Shown here one piece after another: positions 61,500-64,000 of a DNA stretch of 64,000 bases. How positions within the stretch are numbered: the first letter of the stretch is position 1; each line of letters opens with the position of its first letter. The stretch covers positions 209,934,001 through 209,998,000 of the forward strand of contig NC_058368.1 of assembly GCF_018350175.1 (NCBI RefSeq), written 5' to 3'. Under the pieces are notes generated by a model, which saw only the letters and a program-made list of their open reading frames with translations, was not told the DNA's origin and did no database searches. This stretch comes from Felis catus. Lineage: Eukaryota. The position numbers and the translations under genes were made by a program.

Positions 61500-61610
61500 T
61501 TAGGCTTCTTCCCCCAAGATTTGATCCAGAGCATCTGGAATGGAGTGTGGGACTTCGTATTTCCAGCAGGTATCCCATGTGATTCTTACCAGAAAAGTTG
61601 GAGAAAGGCT
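61500..61610. mobile_element. MER5-like hAT MITE relic
   Basis: ccccaagatttgat...tgtgggacttcgtattt...cccatgtgattctta. Confidence 0.55.
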
Positions 61611-61700
61611 AAGGGATGTAGGAGTAATGAGAGACAGGCCCAGGTCTTCTCTGCCTAGCTAATCCTCAGAATTACCTGAGGCGTTTAAAAAAGGTACATA

Positions 61701-62194
61701 CAGGTGTCCCTTGCTTTTTGAAAGTTCACAAATTGCACCCCCTTGGTGTTTATGAAAGACCTACATTAGTACCGTACCTGTTTTTGCTACCTGGAAGAAA
61801 TCCAGAGATAATTTGCACTTTTATGATAAACAACAAAAGCAAAAATAGCATTGAGCATTTATTTCACAGCAAGTCGTTATAGAGGCAGTGCACCCCCAGC
61901 AATGAGGGTAGCTCCGCCAAGCTCCTTCTCTGGTAACTATACTTAGTATCTCAGCATCAGGCTTCCAGAGCTTTGGACTGTGCGAGCATCTGTACTTGCC
62001 TCTATTTATTTTGTGTATCTGTCAGCAAACTGTGTCCTAAGGTATCAAAAAAGCCTAAGGGAGGTTATTCTTTGGATCTTGGCACTAAAAATTTTCCATA
62101 TAAATTAACGATACTTGCTTCTTCACCTTACACCATTTTGGCTTACCAAAGATTTCATGGGAACATTCTACTTTTGGACAGTGGGGGAAACGGG
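61701..62194 (+). mobile_element. TcMar-Tigger non-autonomous element (Tigger1a-like)
   Basis: TA on both sides; TIRs CAGGTGTCCCTTGCTTTTTGAAAGT and ACTTTTGGACAGTGGGGGAAACGGG. Confidence 0.8.
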
Positions 62195-62449
62195 TACATT
62201 TAGCCCATTCCTGATGACCGATTCAGTAGGTTCTTATCCATATAATTATAATTATTATGCACACACCTGGGCTAGAAGTACCACCTATGCTCTCCGTCAA
62301 GCTGGTCCGGTTTCCATGAATTCCATGAATACTTCCAGAAGGAAGCATTTGATAAGACTGTCTTTTTTCTTCTGGAACAGGAGTTCACTCAAGAAATGAT
62401 GATGGAAGTTTACAATTGGAAATGGAAACGATGGAAATGATGATGCCAA

Positions 62450-62640
62450 TTTACAATTGACATAGCACTTTTGCATGCTTTATCGAATTTGATTGCCACA
62501 TTGTACGGTTATGACATAGATATTTTTATTCTGTTACCTTATGGATGAAGAGCATGAAGCTCAGAGAGGTTCTATAACCTGCCCAAAGTCCCACAGTTTG
62601 TGTGGGAGTAGGTGTGGGAGCAGCAATTTGTCTCTAGTCC
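62450..62640 (-). mobile_element. MIR relic
   Basis: ttatggatgaagagcatgaagctcagagaggtt...cctgcccaaagtcccacag. Confidence 0.75.
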
Positions 62641-64000
62641 CATTTAAATAAGTAGATGAGGCAAGAAAATTAACAAAGGAGTATTTGCCCAAGGGATTGG
62701 GGTAGCATTGGTGTGGGTCTCCTCTGTGGGTGGAAGGCTCTGTGGGGCTTGGCCAGAGAAGAGGAGGAAACAGTTATGATGCTAGTGTGCTCACTTTTAT
62801 TTGTTCCTGGTGCCACTGGTAGCCTTCGGTGGGATGTTGCCATTGAGGTCTCCCACTTCTCTGTCTCCCAGAGTCAACATGACCTAAAACGGCCTACACT
62901 CTGCTGTGACCAGACCGAAGGCCACACTGCAAACCTTGACCAAGGACATGGGGAGTCAGGGCTACACAGCTTATTTTTCTTTATACAAAGGCTGCTGGCC
63001 CTTTGAGGACTAGTCCTTGATGTCATTAGCTCCAGTGAATGTGACCAAGTGGACCTACCCGCCCTGACCATAACGACAGTGACATAACAACCACTGACAT
63101 TTCACAACTTGTCAAATGCTCCAGAAGTCAGCAAGCTTTGTGAGAGGTGGACTTCTTTTTCCTGTGGCTCATCATTGGAACCCCCACCAAACAACTGCTA
63201 GATAAGTATTTATTAACTAGAACAGGGACTCTAGCAAGATCCTGTGCTAGGGCCTAACTCACAAGGGTTAAGACCAAGGGATAAGAAGACCCTCTTGTTC
63301 ACATGACTGAGACTGGATTCCATTGGGCCCCGCCTTGTAGTCTTATTCACAGGAGAACAATCACATCAATCCCAGCCCTCGAGGTCCTGGGGGGAAGCAA
63401 AAGGTTCAGAGAATAAAGAGGGGCAGGGGCCTCAACACCCTGCTTGTTATCTGAGCATAATTTGCTTGCTGTTGTAATGAAGAAGAAAACAAGAGGAAGG
63501 GGTGAAGTGTGAATAGGAGCAGGCTGCAGAGTGATCCAAGAGTAGCTGGCTCCCTGGAAGGTTCGATTGTATTGGCCTGTATTTCATTGGCTGCCAACTT
63601 ATTCGGATCCAAAAATGGCATGGGATTGTTGGCACTAGAATCCTCCTTACCACACACTAGGAAATAATCCCAAATAGTTGGAGCAAAATGTGAGGGTGAG
63701 GTTTGGCTAGGTAAGGGGATAGAAGGAACAGAAGGCTGCAGGGCAGTGAAGGAATTCAGAGTCCAGAAGAGACAATATTTGTTTTCCTATCTCTTTCATC
63801 AGTGAAGTCACAGGCCCCTGAGCCGGCATGACAAAGGGAAGAATGAGGGTAGAGGCAGAAAAAGAGAGTGAGAGCAGAAGAAGAAAAAATCTGTAGTAAG
63901 GAAACTGACCCTGAGGAGAGAGGACGTGGCTTGGCTTCTGGGCATGTCTTGAGTGGATATGTGTGTGCACGTGAACACACACACACAATACACACACACC

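Overview
Mammalian, repeat-dominated DNA. The CAN-SINE (SINEC_Fc-like) and L1 3' UTR sequences point to a felid (cat-family) genome; this is inferred from recognised repeat families, not from a database search. I can support no intact host protein-coding exon or RNA gene. Contents: about 33 tRNA-derived carnivore SINEs; many L1 fragments; ancient MIR, L2, L3, MaLR and ERVL relics; a decayed hAT transposase (about 3.4-5.5 kb); a two-LTR class I ERV on the minus strand (about 38.3-45.6 kb) with a tRNA-Leu PBS and a nested solo LTR; a full-length RPS6 processed pseudogene (48.0-48.85 kb); and a short CpG-rich candidate regulatory patch (46.4-46.9 kb). The most interesting locus is 31.0-37.1 kb. 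There an old L1 3' end is split by an unidentified antisense mRNA 3'-UTR retrocopy, which itself hosts two SINEs and a TSD-flanked 4.0 kb feline L1. That L1 joins its 5' UTR directly to the last third of ORF1 at what looks like a splice junction (a spliced, ORF2-type integrated L1). It also carries a ~460 bp 3' deletion with a templated 11-bp duplication. I see no convincing wholly novel biological system. Repeat subfamily names are from memory and boundaries of old repeats are approximate.
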